From NCBI GenBank assembly GCA_017513085.1, contig JAFWDK010000016.1, positions 1 to 64,000 on the forward strand: DNA of 64,000 nucleotides, in the 5' to 3' direction. Made by a program: the position numbers and the translations under genes. Origin of the DNA: Clostridiales bacterium. Its GTDB lineage: Bacteria; Bacillota; Clostridia; Saccharofermentanales; Saccharofermentanaceae. Under the pieces are notes generated by a model that saw nothing but the letters and a program-made list of their open reading frames with translations, did no database searches and was not told where the DNA came from. Shown one piece after another: positions 50,509 through 59,927 of the stretch; positions within the stretch are counted from its first letter, which is position 1, and every line of letters begins with the position of its first letter.

Positions 50509-51474
50509 ATGAAGATCGTAGTACTTGACGGATATACCCTGAATCCGGGAGATATTTCCTGGGAACCATTTGAAAAGCTCGGCGAACTGGTAGTCTATGA
50601 CTACACGGCGCCTTCCGAGGTCTTCGAGCGACTTTCCGGCGTTTCGGTCTGCCTGACCAACAAAACCTGTTTCCCGAAAGAAGTGCTGGAAAAGCTTCCG
50701 GACCTTCGCTACATCGGCTGTCTTTCCACCGGCTTTAACGTCGTGGACATTGAGTACGCCCACGAGCACGGCATTATCGTGACGAATATTCCGGAGTACG
50801 CCACCTTCGCCACCGCGCAGATGACGATTGCCCTGATCCTGGAGATTGCGGATAAGGTTGGTCATCACAGTGACCTCGTGCATGAGGGCGTCTGGACGAA
50901 GAATCGCGATTTCTGTTTCTGGGACGGCTCCCTGACTGAGCTCTGGGGCAAGACCCTCGGGCTTTTCGGTTTTGGAAAGATCGCTTCCCGTGTGTCGAAG
51001 ATCGCGTCCGCACTGGGCATGCGTGTTCTCGCCTGCCGCCGTTCCGAAGTGACCGAAGAGATGCGTCAGGCCGATCCGCAGGTCACCTTTGTTGATGCAG
51101 ACACCCTTTGGAAAGAGTCGGACATCCTCTCCTTCCACTGCCCGTTGACCGCAGCGACCACCGGCCTCGTCAATGACGAGATCATCGCGAAAATGAAAGA
51201 CGGCGTAGTCCTGATCAACACTTCCCGTGGCCCCGTTCTGGACGAATCTTCCGTAGCACGGGCACTTGCTTCTGGAAAGATCGCAGCGCTCGGTGCCGAT
51301 GTCGTCAGTGTCGAACCGATCCGGGAAGACAATCCTCTTCTCTCTGCACCGAACACGTATCTCACCCCACATATCGCCTGGGCGCCTTTTGAAACCAGAA
51401 AACGCCTGATGGGCGTCGCGTCCGAAAACCTCGCGGCCTATTTGTCGGGCACACCTGTCAACGTGGTTTCCTAA
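50509..51474 (+). CDS. D-2-hydroxyacid dehydrogenase (glycerate dehydrogenase-like)
   Basis: LDGYTLNPGD, GFGKIA, HCPLT, INTSRG, DV..EP, TPHIAW. Confidence 0.93.
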   Translation: MKIVVLDGYTLNPGDISWEPFEKLGELVVYDYTAPSEVFERLSGVSVCLTNKTCFPKEVLEKLPDLRYIGCLSTGFNVVDIEYAHEHGIIVTNIPEYATFATAQMTIALILEIADKVGHHSDLVHEGVWTKNRDFCFWDGSLTELWGKTLGLFGFGKIASRVSKIASALGMRVLACRRSEVTEEMRQADPQVTFVDADTLWKESDILSFHCPLTAATTGLVNDEIIAKMKDGVVLINTSRGPVLDESSVARALASGKIAALGADVVSVEPIREDNPLLSAPNTYLTPHIAWAPFETRKRLMGVASENLAAYLSGTPVNVVS

Positions 51475-51551
51475 AAGTTTGGCAAGTACCGCCGTTTGTG
51501 GTATTCTTAATCAAGTTTGTCAGATTATTCGAATAAAAAAGGAGTCTAGAA

Positions 51552-52016
51552 ATGTTCACAGATGCACTTTATGTGTTCCTTATATCCATGATCCCGATCG
51601 TCGAGCTGCGTGCCAGTATCCCTGCAGGCGCGGCACTTGGTCTTCCGTGGTATATCACGATCTCGGTCGCGATCATCGGTAACCTGCTTCCGGTCCCGTT
51701 CATCCTTCTCTTTGTTAAGAAGGTTTTTGACTGGATGAGAAAGTATCCGAAACTCAAGAAGATCGTTGATTTCTGTGAAAATAAATTCGCCAAAAAGGTC
51801 GCCAAAGCCGGTAATACAGCATTCTGGACACTGGTCGGTTTCATCGCGATTCCGTTGCCCGGCACCGGTGCATGGACCGGAAGCGGCATTGCCGCAATCT
51901 GCGAAGTTCCTTTTAAGAAAGGCGTCCTCGCAGCCATCATCGGAGTTGTCATTGCCGCTGTCGTCGTCACTTTGATCGCATATGGTGCGCTGGCCGGACT
52001 GAGCTTCCTGCTGTAA
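51552..52016 (+). CDS. COG2426 small multidrug export-like membrane protein
   Basis: PIVELRASIP, IPLPGTGAWTG. Confidence 0.88.
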   Translation: MFTDALYVFLISMIPIVELRASIPAGAALGLPWYITISVAIIGNLLPVPFILLFVKKVFDWMRKYPKLKKIVDFCENKFAKKVAKAGNTAFWTLVGFIAIPLPGTGAWTGSGIAAICEVPFKKGVLAAIIGVVIAAVVVTLIAYGALAGLSFLL

Positions 52017-52043
52017 TCATTTCTTCAAACCTTAAATCTGTAT

Positions 52044-52084
52044 AAACCTCGATGATGCTTTGTTTTCTGCATCTTCGAGGTTTT
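52044..52084 (+). terminator. Terminator
   Basis: AAACCTCGA.GATGC/GCATC.TCGAGGTTT stem. Confidence 0.7.
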
Positions 52085-52140
52085 AATCATTTTGGATGTG
52101 GTAAAATATTACTGTACATATGCAATAAGTGGAGATTATT

Positions 52141-53400
52141 ATGATGCAAAAAAGTCGAAGCTGTTCAATTTTACTTACATCGATACTACTGGTTTCTCTG
52201 GTGGGTTGTAATAATCAAACCAGTTCTACCAACCGCAGTTTTGAAAGTAGTGTTATCGTGTCTGGCGATAGCACTACTATTTCTGTATCAGGAACATCAA
52301 CACAAACTACAAAACAAACATTTGAAAATACTGACCTGAACTTATCTGTCAGTGACAACCTTCTGGTCGTTGATCATGGAAAAGACAAGGCAAGTGCTTA
52401 TAAAGTGAATTGCTACTTTCGTCCGGAAAGATGGGAAGGCAATGACACTTGGAAGAAAAGCTGGATAAGTACAAGCTGGTGTTATGGACACACTTTCAGT
52501 TCTAAACTGGAAGAAATACCCAAAGACGCATCAGAATTAGACGGCTGGGTCAATTCGTGTAATACGATATCCTTTTATCAGGCTTCAAAAAATATCTTGA
52601 ACATCGGATCGACTCCTGTTGGAGAGATTCCAGGGATTTCGGATATTCCTTCCGACGTTGTTGATCTTCCTACTAAAAGCGAACTGATCGTCTATAGGCT
52701 AAACCTCGAAACGTATCCTTGGGAACTTGAGTTAAGTGCGAATAAATCCTTCAAAACCTCTCACGCTGATATGTATCATATCTGTTCTTTTGTAGATGAA
52801 ATTCCTTGTGGGATTACGGCTTTCTCTTCTTCGGGCGCTATGGGGCTTGGGGTCACCTCATCTGAATTTCCAACCTATGAATGGCCGGGTGTGATGAAAC
52901 CAGCATCTTGTATGTGGCCGGATGGTCAACAGCAGTATACTAATGGCGATACAATTATTGAAGTAGATGATATTCGGTACAAGATCAAGGAAACTATTGT
53001 GGATCAAGGTGATATTCTCTCTGCTCAGGACTGTCTGAAAGAAGTTTCCAATGCAATCCAATATGACATGACATACTTTACCGATAAGAATATTGAAGTC
53101 TATTCAGCAGAACTACGCTATATGCTTCTTCGTGAGCATCCAAGGGTTGAGACGACCTTTAATGGAAAGCGCTGGGTCTGGAACGACGAGGAAGAGTTCT
53201 TCCTGATTCCTGTTTGGGAATATTCCATGATTGTCTGGGGAAACGATTCGATTCAGCAAAACACGAATCAATTGCTCGAACAGAAGTCATATCGTTATAC
53301 AGTCTATATTAATGCATTAACCGGTAAATCCATGTATTCTGACACACATGGTCCTGCAGATCCGGAATACCATCCTTTCCTGTATGACCACGAGATATAA
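52141..53400 (+). CDS. Hypothetical lipoprotein
   Basis: LVGC lipobox; C-terminal AELRY...LIPVWEY...INALTG (PepSY/DUF6034-like ending). Confidence 0.8.
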   Translation: MMQKSRSCSILLTSILLVSLVGCNNQTSSTNRSFESSVIVSGDSTTISVSGTSTQTTKQTFENTDLNLSVSDNLLVVDHGKDKASAYKVNCYFRPERWEGNDTWKKSWISTSWCYGHTFSSKLEEIPKDASELDGWVNSCNTISFYQASKNILNIGSTPVGEIPGISDIPSDVVDLPTKSELIVYRLNLETYPWELELSANKSFKTSHADMYHICSFVDEIPCGITAFSSSGAMGLGVTSSEFPTYEWPGVMKPASCMWPDGQQQYTNGDTIIEVDDIRYKIKETIVDQGDILSAQDCLKEVSNAIQYDMTYFTDKNIEVYSAELRYMLLREHPRVETTFNGKRWVWNDEEEFFLIPVWEYSMIVWGNDSIQQNTNQLLEQKSYRYTVYINALTGKSMYSDTHGPADPEYHPFLYDHEI

Positions 53401-53412
53401 GAGAGATCGTTT

Positions 53413-55650
53413 ATGAAGAAGATTTGGAAATCAATATTACTCTTTCTTTTATCAATGACAATGATTCTTCCGATGTGTACTTCTTGTAAGAAAGAACAGT
53501 CGCAGTCTGTGGAGAGCAAGGGCGGCTACAACAATGCTTTTTTTGAAATCCCGGTAAAAGACGGCTTCGAGACAAAACTCGAGACAGTTCTTTTTGATGA
53601 TGGGGCTTTCTCTATCGTCACTCTATATACAAGTCTGGATAGAGAGAATAAAACCCCGGAACAGTACACGGATATATACAGAGTAGACGAGAAGGGGAAG
53701 TTACTCTCAACACTAGAAATTACCGGTGCTCAAGTTCCATCTGCCATAATCGGGAACACTTTTGCATTCATAGGGTATAAATTGGACGATTCTGGAGCAA
53801 CCGGCGGCGTTGCTAATCATTCTTCCCGTCAACAGGCGATAGTTTTTTTAGACAAGAACAGTGGCGACTTCGTTCGGGATATTCCTTTGGATTATCAGGC
53901 AGACAGAATTGCAAGCATTTCAGATGGCTTTATTGTGGTTGGCGGAGGAAAACTGAATCGTTATACGACAGATGGTACATTACTAAACACAGTAGAAATT
54001 TCTTTTTCTTGTTGTTTGGATGGCGTTCCGGTCTTTGAGGAAAATGGAAAATACTTTGTTGTGGAGGAAACAGCCGATTTGGAATATAACTACTACGAAG
54101 TGGACTTTTCTACTGGCTCTGTCAGAAAAGTGATTTCCGGAAATGATGCAGGATTGAATAATGCGCGAACCATCTCTGGCAACAGGTATTTTACATCCAA
54201 TGGAGAATATCGTGTAGATTGCACTAATCGTCAGGTATTGAGACTTGCCGACTGGAATAAAGTAGATATCCGGCCGGAAAAGAGAATGCTCTATATGCAG
54301 CCTGTGTATTATGCGATAGATGATGATCATTTTGCCAGACGGTATATGTATGGTGATGGAACCATAGAATTACTTCTTTTCTCTTATGATCCCGAGAGAA
54401 AAATCTATGCCCGAGAAAAAATAGTATTGGGCGGTTTTGGAATCTATGATGATCTGCCGCTCGGGTGGGCTATCTATGAGTTTAATACGAACAACAAAAA
54501 ATACAAAATTGATATAGATGATTATACCGGGCGTTTTATGAATGATTCCGGAATGGATGTCAGACAGGAACTGCTTCGTCTCATGAAATACTTTCAAGAA
54601 GGACATACCCCGGATATTTTCTATGGAAACAGTTTTGATTACGAGTATTGGGGACGCAATGGCATGGTGCTCGACTTGATTCCTTTCATTGAGAAAGATT
54701 CTTCATTCTCCCTGGATATCCTTTCAGAAGCAGGAAAACGCTTATTTCTCGATCAGGATGGTCATTGTTATCAGGTTTTTTCCTCTTACCGTTTGGATGG
54801 GTATTTCGGGTTAAAAAGTGTTTTTGATACCATGGAAGATATGAGTTTCGCTGGCTTGGTTCAGTATTCGCAGGATCACGAGATGCTCTTTAATGGAACA
54901 GATGACGCAATCGATCTGGTATCAGGCGTTATTGGACGTAATTACATCGACTTGTTCCCTCCGGTTGAAAATTCAACAGCAATTACGTTGAGTGAACTTG
55001 CCACAGTAATTCGTTGTGCAACTACGATCGGTTCATATCCATATAGATTCGAACCATCTATGGCGGCCGATGTAAAAAACCGGACTGCGCTTCTTTACGG
55101 TACCAATATAGGTGAATTCGAAACATTTGAAAGTATGGAAAAAACTGTAGGAGAGAGAATGGTGTATGTCGGAATTCCTTCGGTAAAGGATTCTCTACGG
55201 GTTGCAGAAGCAGGAGGAATTGTTGCTGTTTCCTCTTCTTCTAAGAACCCGGATATATGTTGGGATTTTATCAAGTATATGTTTTCCGAAGACGTTCAGA
55301 AGACAGTAGCTTTGAACCAGTCCATTCCTGTCCGTCAGGACGTGATCGACACCCTTACCGAGGCATTTCTGCATCCTGAAAAAATAAGCGACAGTTCCGT
55401 GAAGAGTTTGGTGAAAGGATTCTACCGGACAGAAAAAGCAGGCGGTACAGTTTCTGCTGAACAATGGATCGTAGACGATTATCTGGCAGCAATCAATTCT
55501 CCAAACAGGCTGAAAACTTACGACTGGGGTCTATACTCCATAATACGGGACGAAGTGAATTCCTACTATTCTCAGAACAGAAGCCCAGAGCAGATCGCGG
55601 ACACCTTGTTTAGCAGGATCAAGTTATATGTTGAAGAAAACTACGGTTGA
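53413..55650 (+). CDS. Large lipoprotein with a C-terminal solute-binding domain, paralogous architecture to 41007-43427
   Basis: CTSC lipobox; TPDIF, VLDLIPFIE, CWDFIKYMF, IIRDEV..YY....SPEQIA. Confidence 0.85.
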   Translation: MKKIWKSILLFLLSMTMILPMCTSCKKEQSQSVESKGGYNNAFFEIPVKDGFETKLETVLFDDGAFSIVTLYTSLDRENKTPEQYTDIYRVDEKGKLLSTLEITGAQVPSAIIGNTFAFIGYKLDDSGATGGVANHSSRQQAIVFLDKNSGDFVRDIPLDYQADRIASISDGFIVVGGGKLNRYTTDGTLLNTVEISFSCCLDGVPVFEENGKYFVVEETADLEYNYYEVDFSTGSVRKVISGNDAGLNNARTISGNRYFTSNGEYRVDCTNRQVLRLADWNKVDIRPEKRMLYMQPVYYAIDDDHFARRYMYGDGTIELLLFSYDPERKIYAREKIVLGGFGIYDDLPLGWAIYEFNTNNKKYKIDIDDYTGRFMNDSGMDVRQELLRLMKYFQEGHTPDIFYGNSFDYEYWGRNGMVLDLIPFIEKDSSFSLDILSEAGKRLFLDQDGHCYQVFSSYRLDGYFGLKSVFDTMEDMSFAGLVQYSQDHEMLFNGTDDAIDLVSGVIGRNYIDLFPPVENSTAITLSELATVIRCATTIGSYPYRFEPSMAADVKNRTALLYGTNIGEFETFESMEKTVGERMVYVGIPSVKDSLRVAEAGGIVAVSSSSKNPDICWDFIKYMFSEDVQKTVALNQSIPVRQDVIDTLTEAFLHPEKISDSSVKSLVKGFYRTEKAGGTVSAEQWIVDDYLAAINSPNRLKTYDWGLYSIIRDEVNSYYSQNRSPEQIADTLFSRIKLYVEENYG

Positions 55651-55768
55651 TCCTCACTAGTTCTTCCAGTAAAGCCACTCTTTTTCACCAAGATCCGCAT
55701 AAAAAAACAAGTCTTTCTGATATCTTTCAGGACCTGTTTCAAAAGTACACAACAAAACCATTTTCAGT

Positions 55769-55801
55769 CACTGGAAAATCGTTGTTTTTCCAGTGCTTTT
55801 T
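55769..55801 (+). terminator. Terminator
   Basis: CACTGGAAAA/TTTTCCAGTG stem followed by a T-run. Confidence 0.75.
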
Positions 55802-55959
55802 GATGCGTCATCGCGATTCGTTGGTGATATAATGCGAAACTGTGCGAAAAGAACTCAATTAAGTTTCTTCTGCACAGAAATGACAGATATAAACACCGCC
55901 GCTTTTGCAAAGGCGCTAATTGCGGCAAAGAGATGGACTTTTGGGGGAGATGACGAATT

Positions 55960-57216
55960 ATGAATAACATGCTCATGAGCCTGGCTTTAGTACTTCTTAT
56001 CGGATTCTGCATCAGCGGGATCTTTAAGAAGCTGCATATTCCGTCCCTTTTGGGACTTATCATTACAGGTATCGTGCTCGGTCCGTCCGTCCTGAATCTT
56101 CTCGATCCGAAGATCCTGTCGATCTCTTCCGAGCTTCGTGAGATCGCTCTGATCGTTATTCTTTTCCGCGCAGGTCTGAGTCTGGATATCAGTGACATGA
56201 AGAAGATCGGACGTCCGGCGATCATGCTGTGCTTCGTGCCGGCTACATTTGAAATCATCGGTGCTATCGTCCTTGGTCCTGCATGTCTCGGTCTTTCCCG
56301 TGTGGATTCTGCCATTGTTGGCGCCATGCTGGCTGCTGCTTCCCCGGCGATCATTGTGCCGAAGATGCTGTGGCTCATGGAAGAGGGCTATGGTACGGAC
56401 AAGCATATCCCTCAACTCATCATGGCCGGCGCTTCCGCCGACGATATCTACGCCATCGTACTCTTCACCGCCTTCATCGGCATGAGCAAGGGTGACGGCA
56501 TCTCCGCCTGGACCATCGTATCGATCCCGATCTCCATCGTGACCGGTCTTGCTGTCGGTATCGTGTTCGGCATCATCATCTCACAGATCTTCAAGATGAT
56601 CCATCTTCGTGACACAGTAAAGATCCTCCTTCTCTTCGGTCTGTCTTTCCTGTTTGTCGGATGCGAATCCTTTATTTCGAAATACGTCCCCTTCTCAGGA
56701 CTTCTGGCCGTCATGGCTCTGGGCGGAGCGATCCTGAACCGCCGTGCGACCGTGGCCAAGCGTCTCTCCGTCAAGATTTCCAAGATCTGGGTCGGTGCCG
56801 AACTTTTGCTGTTCGTCATGCTGGGGTCTGCCGTTGAGATCAAGGCTCTGCTCTCTGCAGGTCTGGGTTCTGTCCTTCTGATCTTAGGCGCGCTTTTGTT
56901 CCGTTCGGTCGGCGTCATCGTCAGTCTTCTTGGTTCCGGTCTCACCTGGAAAGAGATCCTCTATTGTGACGTCGCCTATTTCCCGAAAGCAACCGTTCAG
57001 GCAGCCGTTGGTGCGATTCCTCTGGCGCAGGGTCTTCTCTGCGGTATGATGGTCCTGACCACCGCTGTTTTGTCCATTCTCATTACCGCACCGCTCGGCG
57101 CGATCCTTATGGATCTGACCGTCAAAAAATGTCTCAAGCGGAGCAAGAACCCACGAGAGCTTTCGAGCCGGAATCCCGGACTCAATCTCCCCCCGGAAGA
57201 AAAAAGTTCAATGTGA
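55960..57216 (+). CDS. Cation:proton antiporter (CPA1/NhaP-NHA type)
   Basis: IILFRAGL-like motif, AASPAIIVP, ASADD, PKATVQAA, ILITAPLGA. Confidence 0.92.
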   Translation: MNNMLMSLALVLLIGFCISGIFKKLHIPSLLGLIITGIVLGPSVLNLLDPKILSISSELREIALIVILFRAGLSLDISDMKKIGRPAIMLCFVPATFEIIGAIVLGPACLGLSRVDSAIVGAMLAAASPAIIVPKMLWLMEEGYGTDKHIPQLIMAGASADDIYAIVLFTAFIGMSKGDGISAWTIVSIPISIVTGLAVGIVFGIIISQIFKMIHLRDTVKILLLFGLSFLFVGCESFISKYVPFSGLLAVMALGGAILNRRATVAKRLSVKISKIWVGAELLLFVMLGSAVEIKALLSAGLGSVLLILGALLFRSVGVIVSLLGSGLTWKEILYCDVAYFPKATVQAAVGAIPLAQGLLCGMMVLTTAVLSILITAPLGAILMDLTVKKCLKRSKNPRELSSRNPGLNLPPEEKSSM

Positions 57217-57241
57217 TAATTCTTGGCTAATGTAAAAACTG

Positions 57242-57275
57242 ATGGGGAGACACGAAAAATGTTGTGTCTCCCCAT
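57242..57275. terminator. Bidirectional hairpin at the left boundary of the island
   Basis: ATGGGGAGACAC/GTGTCTCCCCAT 12-bp perfect stem. Confidence 0.8.
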
Positions 57276-57283
57276 TTACATTC

Positions 57284-57619
57284 TTAGTCTTCAATTACAC
57301 CCTCAGCTGATTCTATAAACGACCAAATGTTATATTTCTCTGTCTCCTCCGGGTATTTTTCTGCAAGCCTTTTGATCGCATCTATGAAAGCAGGACTCTG
57401 AGATATTTTTGCAATATCATCAAAAACTTCGCTTAGCCATGAGAACTGATCGGCAGTACAATCATTATCAAGAAACTCAACAGACTGGTTAATGTCTTCA
57501 GTAAACAACGCAATCAGTTTCTTATGGTTCTGGTCTATTCCCTCTTCCCACTCATCTTGTCCTTCAATCCAAAGGTGTTCACGTTCTTCAATTATAGGTA
57601 TTATCTTTTCTTTAATCAT
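57284..57619 (-). CDS. Probable immunity/antitoxin protein
   Basis: 111-aa acidic helical protein, ATGA-coupled directly downstream of a basic nuclease toxin. Confidence 0.65.
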   Translation of the reverse strand: MIKEKIIPIIEEREHLWIEGQDEWEEGIDQNHKKLIALFTEDINQSVEFLDNDCTADQFSWLSEVFDDIAKISQSPAFIDAIKRLAEKYPEETEKYNIWSFIESAEGVIED

Positions 57620-58122
57620 TTTTTCTTCCTCCGTAAAACCGAACTCTGGTCACTGTCTGGAAAGACAGTGGCTATTTTTCCATGTGTTTTTATAACGCCA
57701 ACTCGAACTCCTTTATATACACCCCACATTGTTACTCCATCAGGGGATCGTCGATTCTGTCGTAACCCTGCAACATGTTCGCCGGCACGTCGAATATCCC
57801 TATTGGTCCATTCCTTTGGAAACCAAGCTTGTCCTATGCCAGAACGTTTCTGCTTATTGGCATGATCTGGAATATAGCCGACTCGGACACCATTAGTATA
57901 TGTCTTAACTATATGGTATTCAATTTTGTATTTGTCAAGTAATTCCATGCCATACTGACTATGTCCTCCGCTAGCCAGTCGAATTTTCTTGCTCGTTTTG
58001 CCGTCCTTCTTAATCATTCTCCATTTGAAAGTTCCCTCACTGGAATGTACTAAAGCAAAATCACTTACGCTTCTACCTGAACCTTTTGTGTTCAAGTATC
58101 TGCCACTTTTACTCGTCCCCAT
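57616..58122 (-). CDS. Bacterial EndoU-type RNase toxin (168 aa) with a short N-terminal tail MGTSKSGRY
   Basis: GAGGTG RBS and ATG at 58122; GGHSQ, NGVRVG..P.H, QAWFPKEW, IATVFP motifs. Confidence 0.8.
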   Translation of the reverse strand: MGTSKSGRYLNTKGSGRSVSDFALVHSSEGTFKWRMIKKDGKTSKKIRLASGGHSQYGMELLDKYKIEYHIVKTYTNGVRVGYIPDHANKQKRSGIGQAWFPKEWTNRDIRRAGEHVAGLRQNRRSPDGVTMWGVYKGVRVGVIKTHGKIATVFPDSDQSSVLRRKKK

Positions 58123-58786
58123 GTTTATCACCTCGCTTATATGAAATCCAGTCCGGCAAAACATGAAAATTCGTGTATTTTCCGTATTCCTGAATATACT
58201 TTTTGTTAAAAGCTCCATACACCACAACATCCGTTGGTGACAGATAATCAAACATGGCTTCAAGAAATGCAGATAGATGATACTTATCCTCTTTCTTCTG
58301 ACAACAGCCATACGTTCCGATAGAAACATTACTTTTCTTCGGAATCCCTGCAAAAGATGGTGGAATATCAAAAAACATATTGGTATAAGTTCGTTCATCA
58401 CCCCAGCGAACGTTGGGAATCACATATTTCCCTTGTTGTTGCTCATAGTAACCAACAGAACGGCTAACTCCTATATTGGCCAATTGCTCCCATAACGGCA
58501 TATCACGATAAAGTGAACAGTCAGGAGTTGACATCATTTTGACCTTTGAAAGAAGTGAGTCATAGCTTTGAGGAACAGATACAAAATTCCTAAATATTGG
58601 ATCCTGTTCATAAAAAACAAGCATATCCAACGGATCAGAGATCTGCTCGATTTTCGAAAAAGGTACTGCCCTCTTTGGAATGATTATCTCTTTTGGAGCC
58701 TCTAAGACAGGAATCTCAAGAAGAGATTCAAAATACGCTGTTTCAATGAGTTTTGAATTAAACCCATCATAAAATAGACTATTCAT
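58109..58786 (-). CDS. DUF4417-domain protein
   Basis: FYEQD..F, TPDCSLYRDMP...Q..N, VIPNVRWG, FAGIP, IGTYG, L.P..VVVYG; AAGGAGG RBS. Confidence 0.85.
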   Translation of the reverse strand: MNSLFYDGFNSKLIETAYFESLLEIPVLEAPKEIIIPKRAVPFSKIEQISDPLDMLVFYEQDPIFRNFVSVPQSYDSLLSKVKMMSTPDCSLYRDMPLWEQLANIGVSRSVGYYEQQQGKYVIPNVRWGDERTYTNMFFDIPPSFAGIPKKSNVSIGTYGCCQKKEDKYHLSAFLEAMFDYLSPTDVVVYGAFNKKYIQEYGKYTNFHVLPDWISYKRGDKHGDE

Positions 58787-58995
58787 AAATAGCCCTCCTT
58801 TCTCCGATGCTTAATCGGAATGTTTATTTATTTCGAAAAACAACAAAGAAAGGCAAATATGATGTATAATTGTTCTGTAGGTATGTGTTATACATGCATA
58901 TTTGCTAAACACATTGATTGTTGTTGCCGCAACAAATCAGTGTGTTTTTCTTTGTGATGTCAACACGATCAATTTGACCACCTCCCGATAATCGT

Positions 58996-59568
58996 TTATT
59001 GAGCACGTTGATAAACGTGATACTCTTCTGGTGCCAGAAGTTTGATAAGTGGTAGTTCATAATCAAACAACTTCGAACCATACCACTTCATCCTGTTTTT
59101 AATATTCGAAGATGCATAAGAAGCCGCAGCAGGACTGACTTTGCAGTGGATAGCAATATCGTTTGGCTCCACTATACCTTTGACAATTAAATAGGGTACA
59201 GGACACAAAAAGTATCTTGCAAAATAGTCCGCGAGATCATCCGAGTCTAAATCCTCTTCATTTTCGTTATCGACATAATGCTTTAATTCATGTGCAATCG
59301 TAAAACGCATCTCTTCTTTCGTAATTCCAAGATCGTTATAGTAAATCCTAGCTTCGCGTTCACAAGTGCCTCTAACAAAGAAACCTTTGCTTGATCTTTT
59401 GTTCAAAAGATCTACCTCATCATCTGTATATTTAGAATATGGAACAAGAGATACACCTAATTTGATACAAATCTTTTTCAACTTCAAAGGAAAAGATATA
59501 ATATCGTAGTCTATATATATTTGGATAATCTCTTTTGCTACCTCATCATATTCTGGTCCACTTCTCAT
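58996..59568 (-). CDS. ImmA/IrrE-family Zn metallopeptidase
   Basis: IYYND....RFTIAHELKH, ADYFARYFLCP. Confidence 0.9.
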   Translation of the reverse strand: MRSGPEYDEVAKEIIQIYIDYDIISFPLKLKKICIKLGVSLVPYSKYTDDEVDLLNKRSSKGFFVRGTCEREARIYYNDLGITKEEMRFTIAHELKHYVDNENEEDLDSDDLADYFARYFLCPVPYLIVKGIVEPNDIAIHCKVSPAAASYASSNIKNRMKWYGSKLFDYELPLIKLLAPEEYHVYQRAQ

Positions 59569-59882
59569 TTATTTTCTCCTTTCCCAAGAAGAAGCCGAAT
59601 AAGTTCATTCTTTTCCTCTGGAGACAATTCATTTCCTTTTCTTGCAATTGCAGTCGCAATCGCTTCAAAAGGAGTTTCACTTTTCTGATCATCTTCAAGA
59701 AAGAAATCTGGAGAAACATCAAGTGCCTTAGCAATATTAACGATAATATCCATGCGAGGGCTCTTATCTCCTGCCAGATAACGAGAAATAGAACTCTCAG
59801 TTATTCTGCTAAGAGATGCTAATTGTTTCTGATTAATTCCTTTAGATTTCATTAATGCTTTCACCTTTTCGTTCCATTCCAT
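59565..59882 (-). CDS. XRE-family HTH repressor
   Basis: INQKQLA...ITESSISRYLAG...P....IAKALDVSPDFFL; ATGA-coupled to ImmA. Confidence 0.92.
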   Translation of the reverse strand: MEWNEKVKALMKSKGINQKQLASLSRITESSISRYLAGDKSPRMDIIVNIAKALDVSPDFFLEDDQKSETPFEAIATAIARKGNELSPEEKNELIRLLLGKGENK

Positions 59883-59927
59883 ACAATCCCTCCGTTGCAC
59901 AACTCATAGTTCTTCTAGGTCAACATC

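Noticed and set aside
55840-55959. Known riboswitch (fluoride, c-di-AMP, NhaA-I, DUF1646) before the antiporter
   Set aside because: No consensus match recognisable by eye; kept only as a low-interest leader.
58123-58401. 93-aa N-terminal extension of the EndoU ORF given in the track
   Set aside because: It overlaps DUF4417 in another frame, and a strong GAGGTG RBS precedes ATG 58122.
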